From contig WJJG01000105.1 in NCBI GenBank assembly GCA_014729815.1, positions 1 through 50,756 of the forward strand: a stretch of DNA of 50,756 nucleotides. The letters are read 5' to 3'. Position numbers and translations under genes: made by a program. Every line of letters begins with the position of its first letter. Positions within the stretch are counted from its first letter, which is position 1. The notes beneath the pieces were generated by a model, which saw nothing but the letters and a program-made list of their open reading frames with translations, was not told where the DNA came from and did not search any database. Origin of the DNA: Candidatus Eiseniibacteriota bacterium. Lineage in GTDB: Bacteria; Eisenbacteria; RBG-16-71-46; CAIMUX01; WJJG01. Below are positions 1 through 9,369 of the stretch, one piece after another.

Positions 1-18
1 GAAGCGGAAGGAGGCGCA

Positions 19-447
19 ATGTCGAAGGTCAAGAGCGGAGATCGTGTGAAGGTGCATTTCACCGGTCGTCTGCCCGACGGATCGACCTTTGATAGCTCGC
101 GTGAGCGCGAGCCGTTGGAGTTCGAGGCCGGCGGAGAAGAGGTCATCCGCGGCTTCAGCGATGCCGTGATCGGCATGGAGAAGGGGGAGACCAAGACGGT
201 CACCGTAGCGCCCGCGGAGGGATTCGGTGAACGGCATACGGAGCTGGAGCACGAGGTGCCGCGCTCGGCGCTGCCCGATGGCATCAACGTGGGAGATCAG
301 CTCCAGGCGAAGGCCGGCGAGCGGGTGATCCCGATCTGGGTCAAGGACCTTGGGGAGGAGAAGGCCACCGTTGACGCCAACCATCCCCTGGCAGGCGTCG
401 AGCTGCAGTTCGAGATCGAGCTGCTCTCGATCGAGCCGGCGGCGTAG
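19..447 (+). CDS. FKBP-type peptidyl-prolyl cis-trans isomerase (SlyD/SlpA-like, with insert-in-flap domain)
   Basis: VKVHFTGRLPDGSTFDSS, GMEKGETKTVTV and VDANHPLAG motifs; GGAGG RBS; no His-rich SlyD tail. Confidence 0.93.
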   Translation: MSKVKSGDRVKVHFTGRLPDGSTFDSSREREPLEFEAGGEEVIRGFSDAVIGMEKGETKTVTVAPAEGFGERHTELEHEVPRSALPDGINVGDQLQAKAGERVIPIWVKDLGEEKATVDANHPLAGVELQFEIELLSIEPAA

Positions 448-539
448 AATCCGTCGGCCGTCGCATCCACACTCCGGCTTGGATGCGGCACCGGGACGAC
501 TTCCGGCGGCAGGCGATCGCAGGCACGAGGGTGACGCGG

Positions 540-2291
540 ATGGGTCGCAGGTCCGCGGATTCGAGCGGAGACCAGAGAAGCGCGCGCGGGGAGAGAGATC
601 GCAGGAGCGTGCGTGCCGGGCGGTCCGGGACGGACCCCGCGCGCGTGGACCGGATCTGGATCCTGGGCGCGGCGGCGCTGACCTTCGCTGCCGCGGCCGT
701 CCTCTCGGCGATGCTCTTTGGCCGGATGCCCCACGTGCAGGACTCGATCGCGCAGCTCTTCCAGGCACGCATCTTCGCGGGCGGCCGACTCTGGGCGCCT
801 GCCCCCCCGGTGCCGGAACTCACCGACTACGCCAATATGGTGATCGCCGAGGGCCGCTGGTATTCGCAGTATCCACCCGGGCACGCGCTCCTGCTCTCGC
901 TCGGGGTGATCGCGGGCCTGCCTTGGCTGATCAATCCGTTGCTCGGGGCGCTGAGCGTCCTGGTGATCGGGTTGCTGGCGCGTGAGCTCTGCGGGCGCAC
1001 GGTGGCGCGTCTGACCGTGCTGATGGCGGCCATCTCACCTTTCCTGCTGCTGATGTCGGCCGGTTTCATGAACCACGCCACCAGTCTGCTGGGAATCTCG
1101 TTGGGACTGCTTGGCTACTTCCGTCTGCTGCGCACCGGACGCCCTCGCGACGGCCTCCTGGCGGGCGGCGGGATCGCCCTGGCCCTGCTCGCGCGACCCT
1201 ACAGCGCCTTCGGCGCTCTGCTGCCAATCGCGCTGCACGCCGCATGGCGCTGGGGGTGCGAACGAGGACGTTTCACGCGCCCGATGATGGCCATGGGACT
1301 GGTCGCCGCGGCGGGTGGGGTGCTGCTGCTGCTGTACAACTGGGCGACCACGGGTGCGCCGCTGCGCTTCGGCTACTCGGTGGCCTGGGGCGCCGGGTTC
1401 GGCCTCGGTTTCGGTCAGGGCTTCCCCGAGGATCCCCACACACTCTCCGACGGGCTCGCCTACACATGGGACACCCTGCGGCGATTGAACGGCCGGCTGT
1501 TCGAATGGCCACTCACCTCGCTCTGGCCGCTGGTTCTGGGGCTGCTGATCACACTGCCGGGATGCCCGCGCAATCGGCGCTGGTTGCTGGCGAGCGTGCC
1601 TCTCGGACTGCTGCTCGTCTATCTCTTCTACTGGTACCATGACGGGAACGACTGCTTCGGTCCGCGCTACGTCTACGGCGCGCTCGGGCCGCTGCTGATC
1701 CTCTCCGCCGCGGGGCTCGCGGCGCTGGGCGGATGGGTCACGCGACTGTTCGGTGGCCAGGCGCCGCCGCTGCGCGACCGGAACGGGGCGCACCACTGGA
1801 CGCTGGCAATCGCCGGGGGGCTGATCCTCCTGCTCGGCGTCTGGGGCGGTCTGACGCGCTGGCCGGCGCTGGTCTGCGCCTCGCGAGACGTGGCGGAAGC
1901 GGATGCTCGCACGTCCGCGCGCAGCGCCTTCGACTGCTTCGGCCCCAACTACTGGGGCGTGAGCCCCGCTCTCGGCCGCGCGGTGGCCGAGCGGATCCCG
2001 GGCCGTGCGCTGATCTTCGTCGATACGCAGGTCGCCCGGCATCCGAATCCGCGCATGCGCCGCACCGCCCGCCACCTGCTCTTCGGCGCGGCCTTCGCGC
2101 ATCAGGAGCCGCAGCTGGAGCAGGCGCGCGTCGTCTACCTGCATGCCACGCCCCCGGACTGGCACCCGCAGACCGAGGATCCGGGCGCGGAGATCGGGGC
2201 GATCATGCGCGCCGCGGCCGCGCATTTCCCCGGGCGCCGGCCTTATCTCTATCGGCGAAGCTTCCCCGCCCCGCGTCCGCTCGATCTCTGA
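540..2291 (+). CDS. GT-C fold membrane glycosyltransferase (ArnT/PMT family 39-like)
   Basis: Polytopic membrane protein with early DS acidic loop, SQYPPG, LARP and FGPRY motifs; start chosen at ATG 540 (ORF open from 483). Confidence 0.75.
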   Translation: MGRRSADSSGDQRSARGERDRRSVRAGRSGTDPARVDRIWILGAAALTFAAAAVLSAMLFGRMPHVQDSIAQLFQARIFAGGRLWAPAPPVPELTDYANMVIAEGRWYSQYPPGHALLLSLGVIAGLPWLINPLLGALSVLVIGLLARELCGRTVARLTVLMAAISPFLLLMSAGFMNHATSLLGISLGLLGYFRLLRTGRPRDGLLAGGGIALALLARPYSAFGALLPIALHAAWRWGCERGRFTRPMMAMGLVAAAGGVLLLLYNWATTGAPLRFGYSVAWGAGFGLGFGQGFPEDPHTLSDGLAYTWDTLRRLNGRLFEWPLTSLWPLVLGLLITLPGCPRNRRWLLASVPLGLLLVYLFYWYHDGNDCFGPRYVYGALGPLLILSAAGLAALGGWVTRLFGGQAPPLRDRNGAHHWTLAIAGGLILLLGVWGGLTRWPALVCASRDVAEADARTSARSAFDCFGPNYWGVSPALGRAVAERIPGRALIFVDTQVARHPNPRMRRTARHLLFGAAFAHQEPQLEQARVVYLHATPPDWHPQTEDPGAEIGAIMRAAAAHFPGRRPYLYRRSFPAPRPLDL

Positions 2292-2590
2292 TCCGCGAGG
2301 CGCGATCCGTGGGGGGGTGAGGGCGAGCGGTCTGTCGTGCCGATCGCGAGATCCTGGAATCGGTCGCTCACAGAATCGGAACAGTACGAATCTCCCTGCG
2401 ACCGACTGTGCGCGGCAGACGGCTTGTGACCCGCGGCGCGATCGGTGACACTCGGAGCGGCCCCGCCCGAGGGGTCAGCGGATCGCATCGCGGCGGGTGG
2501 GCTGGTTTGTTGTGTCGCGGTGTGGCGCTGCGAGCGGGCTCAGCCCCTCTCGGGCGATCGGATCGGCAGCGCGGCAGGGGGAGAAGCAGC

Positions 2591-4435
2591 GTGCGACTAC
2601 ACGGGAAAGCCGGACGACGCGAGCTGATCGGAACCAAGATCGTAGCCACGCTCGGCCCGGCGCGCGCCGGGATCCACGATCCCGATGGATCCGAGTGTCG
2701 CGAACCCGTCGCGCAGGAGACCGCCTTGCGATGGTTTGCCGAGGCGGGGGCGGATCTCCTCCGCCTGAACATGGCCTACTTCGAGCCTCCCGGCGGCCTG
2801 CAGCGCGAGATCATCCAGATCCTGGATGCGCACCGCGCGGGCTGGGCGCGTCGATTGGCGCTGCTGGGGGACCTGCCCGGCCCCAAGATCCGCCTGCGGA
2901 TCCCCGCCGGCGGGGCGCTCGAGCTGACGCGCGGCATGACACTGCTCGTCGACGCCTCCGGCCGCTGGGCGGAGGGCGCCGCACCCGAAGCCGCCGTGTC
3001 GTCCGGCGCCGAGCCGCTCGTGCGCGTGGTCGCCTCGGGCGAGCCCTTCGATGCTGCCGTGACGGGCATCGATGGACAAGCCACCCTGGCCGACTACGTT
3101 CGCCAGGCCCGGCTGCGTGGCCAAGCGCCGGTCTTCTACATTGGTGACGGACCGGAACTTATTCTGCAAGCGATCGGCATCGCGGAGGGAAGCATCCGCT
3201 GCCGGGTCGAGGAGGGGGGACGGCTCGAAGAGAACAGCGCGTTCACGATCAAGTACGCCCGGGTCGACCTACCGTCGTTCCAGGAGGCCGATCGACGGGC
3301 GCTCGACTTCCTGCTCGAGGAGGCCGGCGACCTGCTGGCCTGCGTGGGGGTCTCGTTCGTGCGCGACAGCCAAGACATCATCCAGGTGCGCCGCCACATC
3401 GAGACCCACCTCTGCGCGCGGCGCAAGTGGGACGAGTCCCGGGCACGGCGGTGCAGCCCCGCGATCATCGCCAAGATCGAAACCGCCGACGCCTACCACC
3501 ACATCGACGAGATCCTCGATGTGGCCGACGGGATCATGGTCGCGCGCGGCGATCTCGGATTGCAGCTCGATCCCGAGGACGTTCCTCAGATCCAGAAGGA
3601 GATCATCCGCCGCTGCAATCTACGCGGCAAACCGGTGATCACGGCCACGCAGATGCTCAACTCGATGATCCAGGGGGATCGCACACAGCCGACGCGGGCC
3701 GAAGCGACGGATGTCTTCAATGCGATCCTCGATGGCAGCGATGCCGTGATGCTATCCGGGGAGACGTCCGTGGGACGTCACCCGATCGCCGCGATCCGCA
3801 TGCTGGGCCGCATCGCGCAGAAGGCCGAGGCCTACTTCCGGCAGGGCGGATTGGATGCGACGGCTCGTCGGCGCGGAACGATGAATCGCTTTCGCGACCT
3901 GCTGGGCGATTCGGATGCGCTGATCGATGCGACGACGCGTCGTCTCCAGGAGCGGGCCGTGGCGGCGATGGAGGCCGGCGACACCTGGCTGCAGGGCTTC
4001 TATCAGGAGAAGTTGCGCAAGATCCGCCGCCAGCGAACGACCGATGGCATCACCCATTCGGCCTGCATGCTCAGCGAGGGCAGCGCGGAGTATCAGGCGA
4101 TCGTCGCCGCCACGGCATCGGGCCGCACGCCGCGCATGCTGGCGCGCTACCGACCCAACGTGCGCATCATCGGGGCCGCGCACGACCCCTGCAACTTCCG
4201 CAAGCTGCTGATCAGCCACGGTGTCTATCCGGTGCTGATCGGACAGGACCAGCAGACCCACGCCGAACTGTTCCGCGATGCGGTGTCCGCCGCCACCGAA
4301 CCGGAATGCGTTGCCTGGGCGCCGCGCTTCCGTCTGCTGCGCCGCCAGGGCGAGGTGATCTTCACCGCCGGCACGCCGATGTTCACCCCGGGGACGACGA
4401 ACGTCATCCAGGTGCGCCCGCTCGGGGCCGCTTGA
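2591..4435 (+). CDS. pyk: Pyruvate kinase (atypical, with insertions)
   Basis: TKIVATLGPA, DLPGPKIR, IIAKIE, GIMVARGDLG, ITATQML and PTRAEATDVFNAILDGSDAVMLSGETS motifs; probable GTG start at 2591. Confidence 0.9.
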   Translation: MRLHGKAGRRELIGTKIVATLGPARAGIHDPDGSECREPVAQETALRWFAEAGADLLRLNMAYFEPPGGLQREIIQILDAHRAGWARRLALLGDLPGPKIRLRIPAGGALELTRGMTLLVDASGRWAEGAAPEAAVSSGAEPLVRVVASGEPFDAAVTGIDGQATLADYVRQARLRGQAPVFYIGDGPELILQAIGIAEGSIRCRVEEGGRLEENSAFTIKYARVDLPSFQEADRRALDFLLEEAGDLLACVGVSFVRDSQDIIQVRRHIETHLCARRKWDESRARRCSPAIIAKIETADAYHHIDEILDVADGIMVARGDLGLQLDPEDVPQIQKEIIRRCNLRGKPVITATQMLNSMIQGDRTQPTRAEATDVFNAILDGSDAVMLSGETSVGRHPIAAIRMLGRIAQKAEAYFRQGGLDATARRRGTMNRFRDLLGDSDALIDATTRRLQERAVAAMEAGDTWLQGFYQEKLRKIRRQRTTDGITHSACMLSEGSAEYQAIVAATASGRTPRMLARYRPNVRIIGAAHDPCNFRKLLISHGVYPVLIGQDQQTHAELFRDAVSAATEPECVAWAPRFRLLRRQGEVIFTAGTPMFTPGTTNVIQVRPLGAA

Positions 4436-4440
4436 GCGAC

Positions 4441-5313
4441 CTACGCCCCTTCTCCCCACGCCAGCCAGATCAGAACCAGGGGCCGATCGCCATCGTTGCG
4501 CATCTGATGGGTCACCTGCGGCGGGATGTAGTAGCTCTCGCCGGCGCGCACCGCACTCTCGGCATCCCCCACCCGCACGTGGCCCTCTCCCTCGAGTACG
4601 ATGTAGGCCTGCCGGTACGAGAAGGCATTGCCTCGCCCGTCGAGCTGCTCGCCGGGCTCGAGCTGGTGCCAGGCGCTGCGCATCCCGACCGCGAAGTAGA
4701 GCGGGATCGTCTGCGTGCCCTGAATGCGCCGCGCATGTTCGGCGCCCAGCGGAATCCGCTCGGGGCGGGACGGATTGAAGAAGCGTTGCAGGAACTCCAT
4801 CATCGTCTCGCGCATGTCCGGAACACGACTCGCGGCGGCCGTGGGACGGAACTCGAGCGGCGGCCGATCGGCGGCCGTCGCCTTGGCGATGGCGGTCGCG
4901 GCGGTCATGCGCCCTTCATCGATCGCGCGCAGCGTGCTATCGGACACCGCGAAGATGAACGCACTCTCGGCGTGTCCCCCCTCGAGCAGGCGGGGCGCTT
5001 GGCCCGGCCGAATCAGAAGGTGCCAGCGACCTTCCTCGGCCGCCGCCGGGGACCCCTCGGCCGCCATGGGGTCCCCCGCGTCCGCCACCCCCGCCGCGGA
5101 GGCGGTGGGCCGCACACGGAACTCGACCACCAGCGAGAGGCTCTCGGGCACCTCGGTCTGGTAGGCCTCGGTCCAGGCCGCGAGGATCGCGCCCGGCTCC
5201 TTCGAGGCCGAGGCCTCACAAGCGGTCGGGTGGAGTGTCGTGAGCAGCAGACAGGCCAGTAGCAGGAGCGGTGCCGGGGCGTCCGGGCGAGGCCGGATCG
5301 GTTTGCGGGCCAT
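4441..5313 (-). CDS. Secreted protein with possible SCP2-like N-terminal region and C-terminal cupin domain
   Basis: Signal peptide; cupin pattern YIVLEGEG...AGESYYIPPQVTHQMRN; the middle region resembles SCP2 (weak). Confidence 0.7.
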   Translation of the reverse strand: MARKPIRPRPDAPAPLLLLACLLLTTLHPTACEASASKEPGAILAAWTEAYQTEVPESLSLVVEFRVRPTASAAGVADAGDPMAAEGSPAAAEEGRWHLLIRPGQAPRLLEGGHAESAFIFAVSDSTLRAIDEGRMTAATAIAKATAADRPPLEFRPTAAASRVPDMRETMMEFLQRFFNPSRPERIPLGAEHARRIQGTQTIPLYFAVGMRSAWHQLEPGEQLDGRGNAFSYRQAYIVLEGEGHVRVGDAESAVRAGESYYIPPQVTHQMRNDGDRPLVLIWLAWGEGA

Positions 5314-5325
5314 CGGGGTTCCCCT

Positions 5326-5352
5326 CTAAGTCCATTGCCTATAAGGAGTTAG
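5326..5352. promoter_or_regulatory. Imperfect AT-rich dyad CTAAGTCC-N11-GGAGTTAG
   Basis: 7/8-matching inverted arms just upstream of the cupin gene start. Confidence 0.35.
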
Positions 5353-5375
5353 GGTCTGGTCACTTGCCGCCCGAG

Positions 5376-5530
5376 GGTTGTGGAACGAAGATTGGATCTC
5401 GCGCCGCCCTCCATCCTCGACCCGGTATTGTGATCGGCGGCGCCTGCCGCGTCCATCCCTGCATCTTCCCGCAGGATGCCTAGCGCCATGGGCCTGCCCG
5501 GGGACCCGCTCCAATCTTCGTTCCACAACC
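5376..5530. repeat. 155-bp element bounded by perfect 21-bp inverted repeats
   Basis: GGTTGTGGAACGAAGATTGGA (5376-5396) is the exact reverse complement of TCCAATCTTCGTTCCACAACC (5510-5530). Confidence 0.85.
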
Positions 5531-5615
5531 GTTGGGATGAACATTCCGGCAGGGGTAAGCGTCCTACTCGATGGAGGCTATGCAGTTCTGTCCCTGCTGA
5601 GTACGGGAGGCGAGC

Positions 5616-6194
5616 ATGTCCGTGCGCCGCGAGAGTCCGGGATCGCGCATGCCGATGCGCACCGGAGCGCGCCCGCGCCATGGCCGGTGTGTCCAGCCGT
5701 TTCGGCACTGGGCTCCGGGGCGTCGGCCTTGCTCGAACAGCCCCGCGTATCGCTGGCTGACGGGGGCGCTCCTGTACTCCCTCCTGTCCTGGGTCGTCCT
5801 TTTCCCCGTGTTCGCGTCCGCCTGCACTGTCGATGATGAGTCGCCAGCTCCCCCTCGACGCGGGGGACGCGACGCGGGGAAAGCTGTCTGTTCGGCTGTC
5901 CCGGCCGCCGAGGCGGCGACACCGGCGGCCGGTGCCGAAGAGATGGCGGCCATCTATGAATCCGCGGAGTCAGACGCCGGCGGGCTGCTCACCGACCCCC
6001 ACATAACCCGCACCCGGTCCGAGCGGTCCGCCGGGTCGGCTCCGGACTGGATCTGGAATGCACCCGAGCGTCTCCTGCGTCGCATCCCGGCGGCGCTGCG
6101 CGCCACGGTGCGCGCACAGGGCAGACTACTGCGTGCGATCGGAGAGACGGTGGAGATTCTCCTGCGCGCCGCGGTGGTGGGGATCCAGTCGTAG
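5616..6194 (+). CDS. Hypothetical membrane-anchored protein
   Basis: GGAGG RBS before ATG; hydrophobic segment WLTGALLYSLLSWVVLFPVFASA; overlaps the 3' end of the convergent gene by 69 bp. Confidence 0.45.
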   Translation: MSVRRESPGSRMPMRTGARPRHGRCVQPFRHWAPGRRPCSNSPAYRWLTGALLYSLLSWVVLFPVFASACTVDDESPAPPRRGGRDAGKAVCSAVPAAEAATPAAGAEEMAAIYESAESDAGGLLTDPHITRTRSERSAGSAPDWIWNAPERLLRRIPAALRATVRAQGRLLRAIGETVEILLRAAVVGIQS

Positions 6195-8033
6195 CACTTC
6201 GCGCCACTGCGCGGCCGCTTCCTCGTATCGTCCCAGGTTGGCCAGCGCCATGCCGAGATGATTCCGGTAGTCGGGTTGGCGAGGATTCAGCTCGACCGCC
6301 CGCTCCAAGGCCGGCACCGCCTGCGCATCGTTCCCGGCACGATGATAGGCTACGCCCAGGGCATAGTAGGTGATCGCCGAGCGTGGCATCCGTTCCAGCG
6401 CTTCCTGATAGGCGCGGATGGCTGCGGCATACTGATGCACCTGATAGTGGATGGTTCCCAGTCCGTGCCAGGCCTCGCCGAAGTCCGGCGAGAGTTCGGT
6501 CGCCCGGCGGTACCAGCGTAGCCCCTCGGCGAGATTCCCCTGCTGCATCTGTCGCAGACCGACCGTATAGGCATCGAAGGCGCGGGCGGCAGCCGCCGGG
6601 TAGCTGGGCGGCAGCAGATGCATCACCAGGATCGCGAGCGCCGCCGCTCCCGGCAGTAGCCAGCGCCGGGCGCGAATCTCCCGCACCGCAAAGGCGAGTC
6701 CGGCGCCCGCCAGTCCGATCATCGCCGGGTAGGCGACGATCCGGTAGCGGCCGGCCGCGAAGAAGAGGATCACCTGCAGCCAGACGATCCCGATCAGCGC
6801 CAAGTAGGGCGTCAGGCGGCTGCGTGACGCGGACGCGCGGCGACGCCAGAGCAGGACCGCCGCTAGACCCAACCCTAGGAGGGGCACGAGCCAGGCGGCG
6901 CGGACGAATGCCAGCCGCAAGGGCAGGGTGGTGGCCGAGAGCGCATCGTAGTTGTAGATCTGCGGGATCTCACGCGGGGCGAAGAAGAGCAGCGCCTTGC
7001 GCGCGAAGAGCCGTAGAGCCTGGAGTGGCTCGGTGCGGATGAAGTCGAGGCCGCGCCGCAGCCAGTGCCGGGAGGACTCGGCGAGGGTCAGCTCACGGCC
7101 GGCCTGGATCGAGGCCGCGCGGCGGGCCGTCAGGTCATCGTTCAGATCGATCTGGGGCGGATTGCTGAAGATGCCGCGGGCGTAAGGGTTGTTGCCGATG
7201 TAGAAGTTCAGCCCGCCGTTGAGCGTCAGCAGTTGCAGGTGCCCGGTGGTTCGCGTCTGATGCATGGCCTGCGGCAGAAGAGGCAGCAGCGCCCCCAGGA
7301 GGATCAGGGCCGGCGCCACCCAGCGCCGCCCGCCGCCGTGCGACGGCCGCCGCCCGCCCGCGGACCTCCATGCGATGACGATCCAGACCACCGCCGCGAT
7401 GGGAAGGAGCAGGAAGCTCGCCCGCCCGAGTGCCATCAGACCGGCGGCGAGTCCGAATCCCGCGGCGGGCAGCGGATGCCGCGCAGAGCCGAATCGCGGA
7501 TCGGTCCACGTCCAGAGCATGACGGTGGAGAGGAACAGCAGCAGCGACTCCATCAACACCACGTTCTCGATCGCCAGGATCGGTCCGGCGAGCACGAAGA
7601 GGGCCGCGGCGAGATGGCCGGCCAGCGAGCCGAAGCTGCGGCGCGTAGCCACGAAGAGCAGGCAGAGGCTGGCGAGTCCCAGCGCGGCCTGAGCGATCTG
7701 CACGGTGAGCGGCTGCGCGGGGGCGACGCGAAAGAGCCCCGAGAGGAGCGCGGGGTAGAGGGCGCCGAAGAAGAGCGGCGCATGGGGCCATCCTTGGCCC
7801 TCGCTCAGGCGGAGCGCCAGGTCGAAGTAGTGCCGCGAGTCGAGAACCGGATCGGTGATGTGCGGATCGCGGGCCAGCGCAGCCACGGTCCAGATGCGCA
7901 GGGCGGCGCCGGCGCCCAACCAGGGGAGCAAGGCGCCCAACGTGCCACCGCCGGTCGCGCCGCGCCCGGACTCCCGCGCGACGGCTGCACCGGCCCGGCC
8001 GCCCCGTCTGCCGGATGGATCCGATCGGCGCAT
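6126..8033 (-). CDS. ArnT/PMT-like glycosyltransferase with C-terminal TPR repeats
   Basis: DSRHY, GGLNFYIGNNP and GRYR motifs in the TM region; TPRs (AWHGLG..Y, TYYALGVAY, YRNHLGMAL); start at ATG 8033 (ORF open from 8090). Confidence 0.82.
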   Translation of the reverse strand: MRRSDPSGRRGGRAGAAVARESGRGATGGGTLGALLPWLGAGAALRIWTVAALARDPHITDPVLDSRHYFDLALRLSEGQGWPHAPLFFGALYPALLSGLFRVAPAQPLTVQIAQAALGLASLCLLFVATRRSFGSLAGHLAAALFVLAGPILAIENVVLMESLLLFLSTVMLWTWTDPRFGSARHPLPAAGFGLAAGLMALGRASFLLLPIAAVVWIVIAWRSAGGRRPSHGGGRRWVAPALILLGALLPLLPQAMHQTRTTGHLQLLTLNGGLNFYIGNNPYARGIFSNPPQIDLNDDLTARRAASIQAGRELTLAESSRHWLRRGLDFIRTEPLQALRLFARKALLFFAPREIPQIYNYDALSATTLPLRLAFVRAAWLVPLLGLGLAAVLLWRRRASASRSRLTPYLALIGIVWLQVILFFAAGRYRIVAYPAMIGLAGAGLAFAVREIRARRWLLPGAAALAILVMHLLPPSYPAAAARAFDAYTVGLRQMQQGNLAEGLRWYRRATELSPDFGEAWHGLGTIHYQVHQYAAAIRAYQEALERMPRSAITYYALGVAYHRAGNDAQAVPALERAVELNPRQPDYRNHLGMALANLGRYEEAAAQWREVLRLDPHHRGAQENLHRLSDRTQ

Positions 8034-8148
8034 GCCGAAGGAGTAGCCGAAGCGGGGGGCGGAGTCGAGTGCTGATGGCCGGCGGTCCACGGCCGGCCCC
8101 CCCGCACCGGCTCCATCGGGACCGTCCCCGCAGCAGGCGCGAGGTCTA

Positions 8149-9006
8149 TCAGAAGATGAACGAGATGCCGACCTTGTAGGTCTCGAGCATCAGTGCCGGC
8201 TCGGTGTCGAAGGGCCAGTTCATCTCTTCCGTGCGCAGCTCGTACCAGGCGTAGGCCAGAGCGTTCTTGAGAACGAAGTGGACGAGCGGCGCGGCCTTGG
8301 GCGAACGATCGTGGATCTCCTCGATGAATGCGTCGAGCGCCTCCTGAGCCGTGTGTTCCAGACCGGCACTGAGCAGCCACTTCCAGAACAGCCAGCGGCG
8401 AAAGACCGCCGTGCGCTCGTATCCGGCGCTCAGCTCGACCATCGGTCCGAAGCGCAGGCGCAAACCGCCTTCCATCTTCGAGCCGAAGCGGAACTCGTCC
8501 CGATAGAGATCGATCAGCGCCTGATCGGTCCTGCGATCCAGCGGCGCGTCGACCGTCAGCTGCGTGGCGTTGAGGCCCCAGCCGTAGTAGGGCGTGATCG
8601 CCGAGCCGCGGATGCGGTAGCCATATCCCGATGCGCCATCGAACCCGATGCGCCAGAATTCGCCGTCGATCGTGCCGGCCTCGGCCTGCTCGCTCAGTTC
8701 GGTCGAGAGACGCGCGAACGAGAGCGCCCCGTAGGTGTAGTCGGTGATGCCATTCTCGTTGAGCTCATAGTCCGAATAGCCGAGCGCCAGCTCGGCCTGT
8801 CCCAGCTCGGCAAAGTCGGTCTCCAGTCCATCCAGCGTGACATCGCAGAGACCGTAGCCGAGGCGGATGGTGGGCGCCTCGGCCAGCTCGGCGATGTCGA
8901 GCTCTTCCATCACGCGGATCTTGGCGCTGGCCGTCGTCAGCAGGCCGAAAAGCATGCAGAAGAGCAGCCCCGCAAGGACATGGGGTGTGCGATGGGGGCG
9001 AAGCAT
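8149..9006 (-). CDS. Putative outer-membrane beta-barrel protein
   Basis: AGGAGG RBS; signal peptide ending ASA; alternating beta-strand pattern; C-terminal YKVGISFIF with terminal Phe. Confidence 0.65.
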   Translation of the reverse strand: MLRPHRTPHVLAGLLFCMLFGLLTTASAKIRVMEELDIAELAEAPTIRLGYGLCDVTLDGLETDFAELGQAELALGYSDYELNENGITDYTYGALSFARLSTELSEQAEAGTIDGEFWRIGFDGASGYGYRIRGSAITPYYGWGLNATQLTVDAPLDRRTDQALIDLYRDEFRFGSKMEGGLRLRFGPMVELSAGYERTAVFRRWLFWKWLLSAGLEHTAQEALDAFIEEIHDRSPKAAPLVHFVLKNALAYAWYELRTEEMNWPFDTEPALMLETYKVGISFIF

Positions 9007-9094
9007 GGTACCTCCTGGTTTCGTTTTGCCGTCCTCGTTTCCTCTCTGCATTCCCTACGCTTCCCCGCCAGAGGAGGTTGCCACCGCCCGAAGG

Positions 9095-9186
9095 GCGGAA
9101 CCCCTGTGTGCGGAGGCTGCCGCCAGGGTGGACCGGCGGGACCCCTCTGTGCGGAGGCTGCCGCCAGGGTGGACCCGCGGAACCCC
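9095..9186. repeat. 41-bp tandem direct repeat (2 full copies plus a partial copy)
   Basis: GCGGAACCCCTGTGTGCGGAGGCTGCCGCCAGGGTGGACCG at 9095-9135, near-identical copy at 9136-9176, partial copy from 9177. Confidence 0.85.
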
Positions 9187-9369
9187 CCGCCGCACGCGAG
9201 GGGTGTGCGTAGCGTATGCGGCGCGGGACGGCGTCGTCCAGGGAAACCCGTCCATTGCGGGCAGTTGTCCACCGCGCCCGACTCCCGTACAGTCGAATCC
9301 GAACCGAAGACAGATCGTCTCGCAACACTCCCCGCCGTAGCGGCGCTGCCCACCGCTCGGAGGTGTCCG

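Noticed and set aside
9095-9186. CRISPR array
   Set aside because: Repeats are contiguous with no unique spacers, there are only two full copies, and there are no cas genes
8278-9369. Long N-terminal ORF extensions (also 24840-26201 and 12497-12943)
   Set aside because: They overlap opposite-strand genes or intergenic DNA; RBSs and signal peptides point to downstream starts
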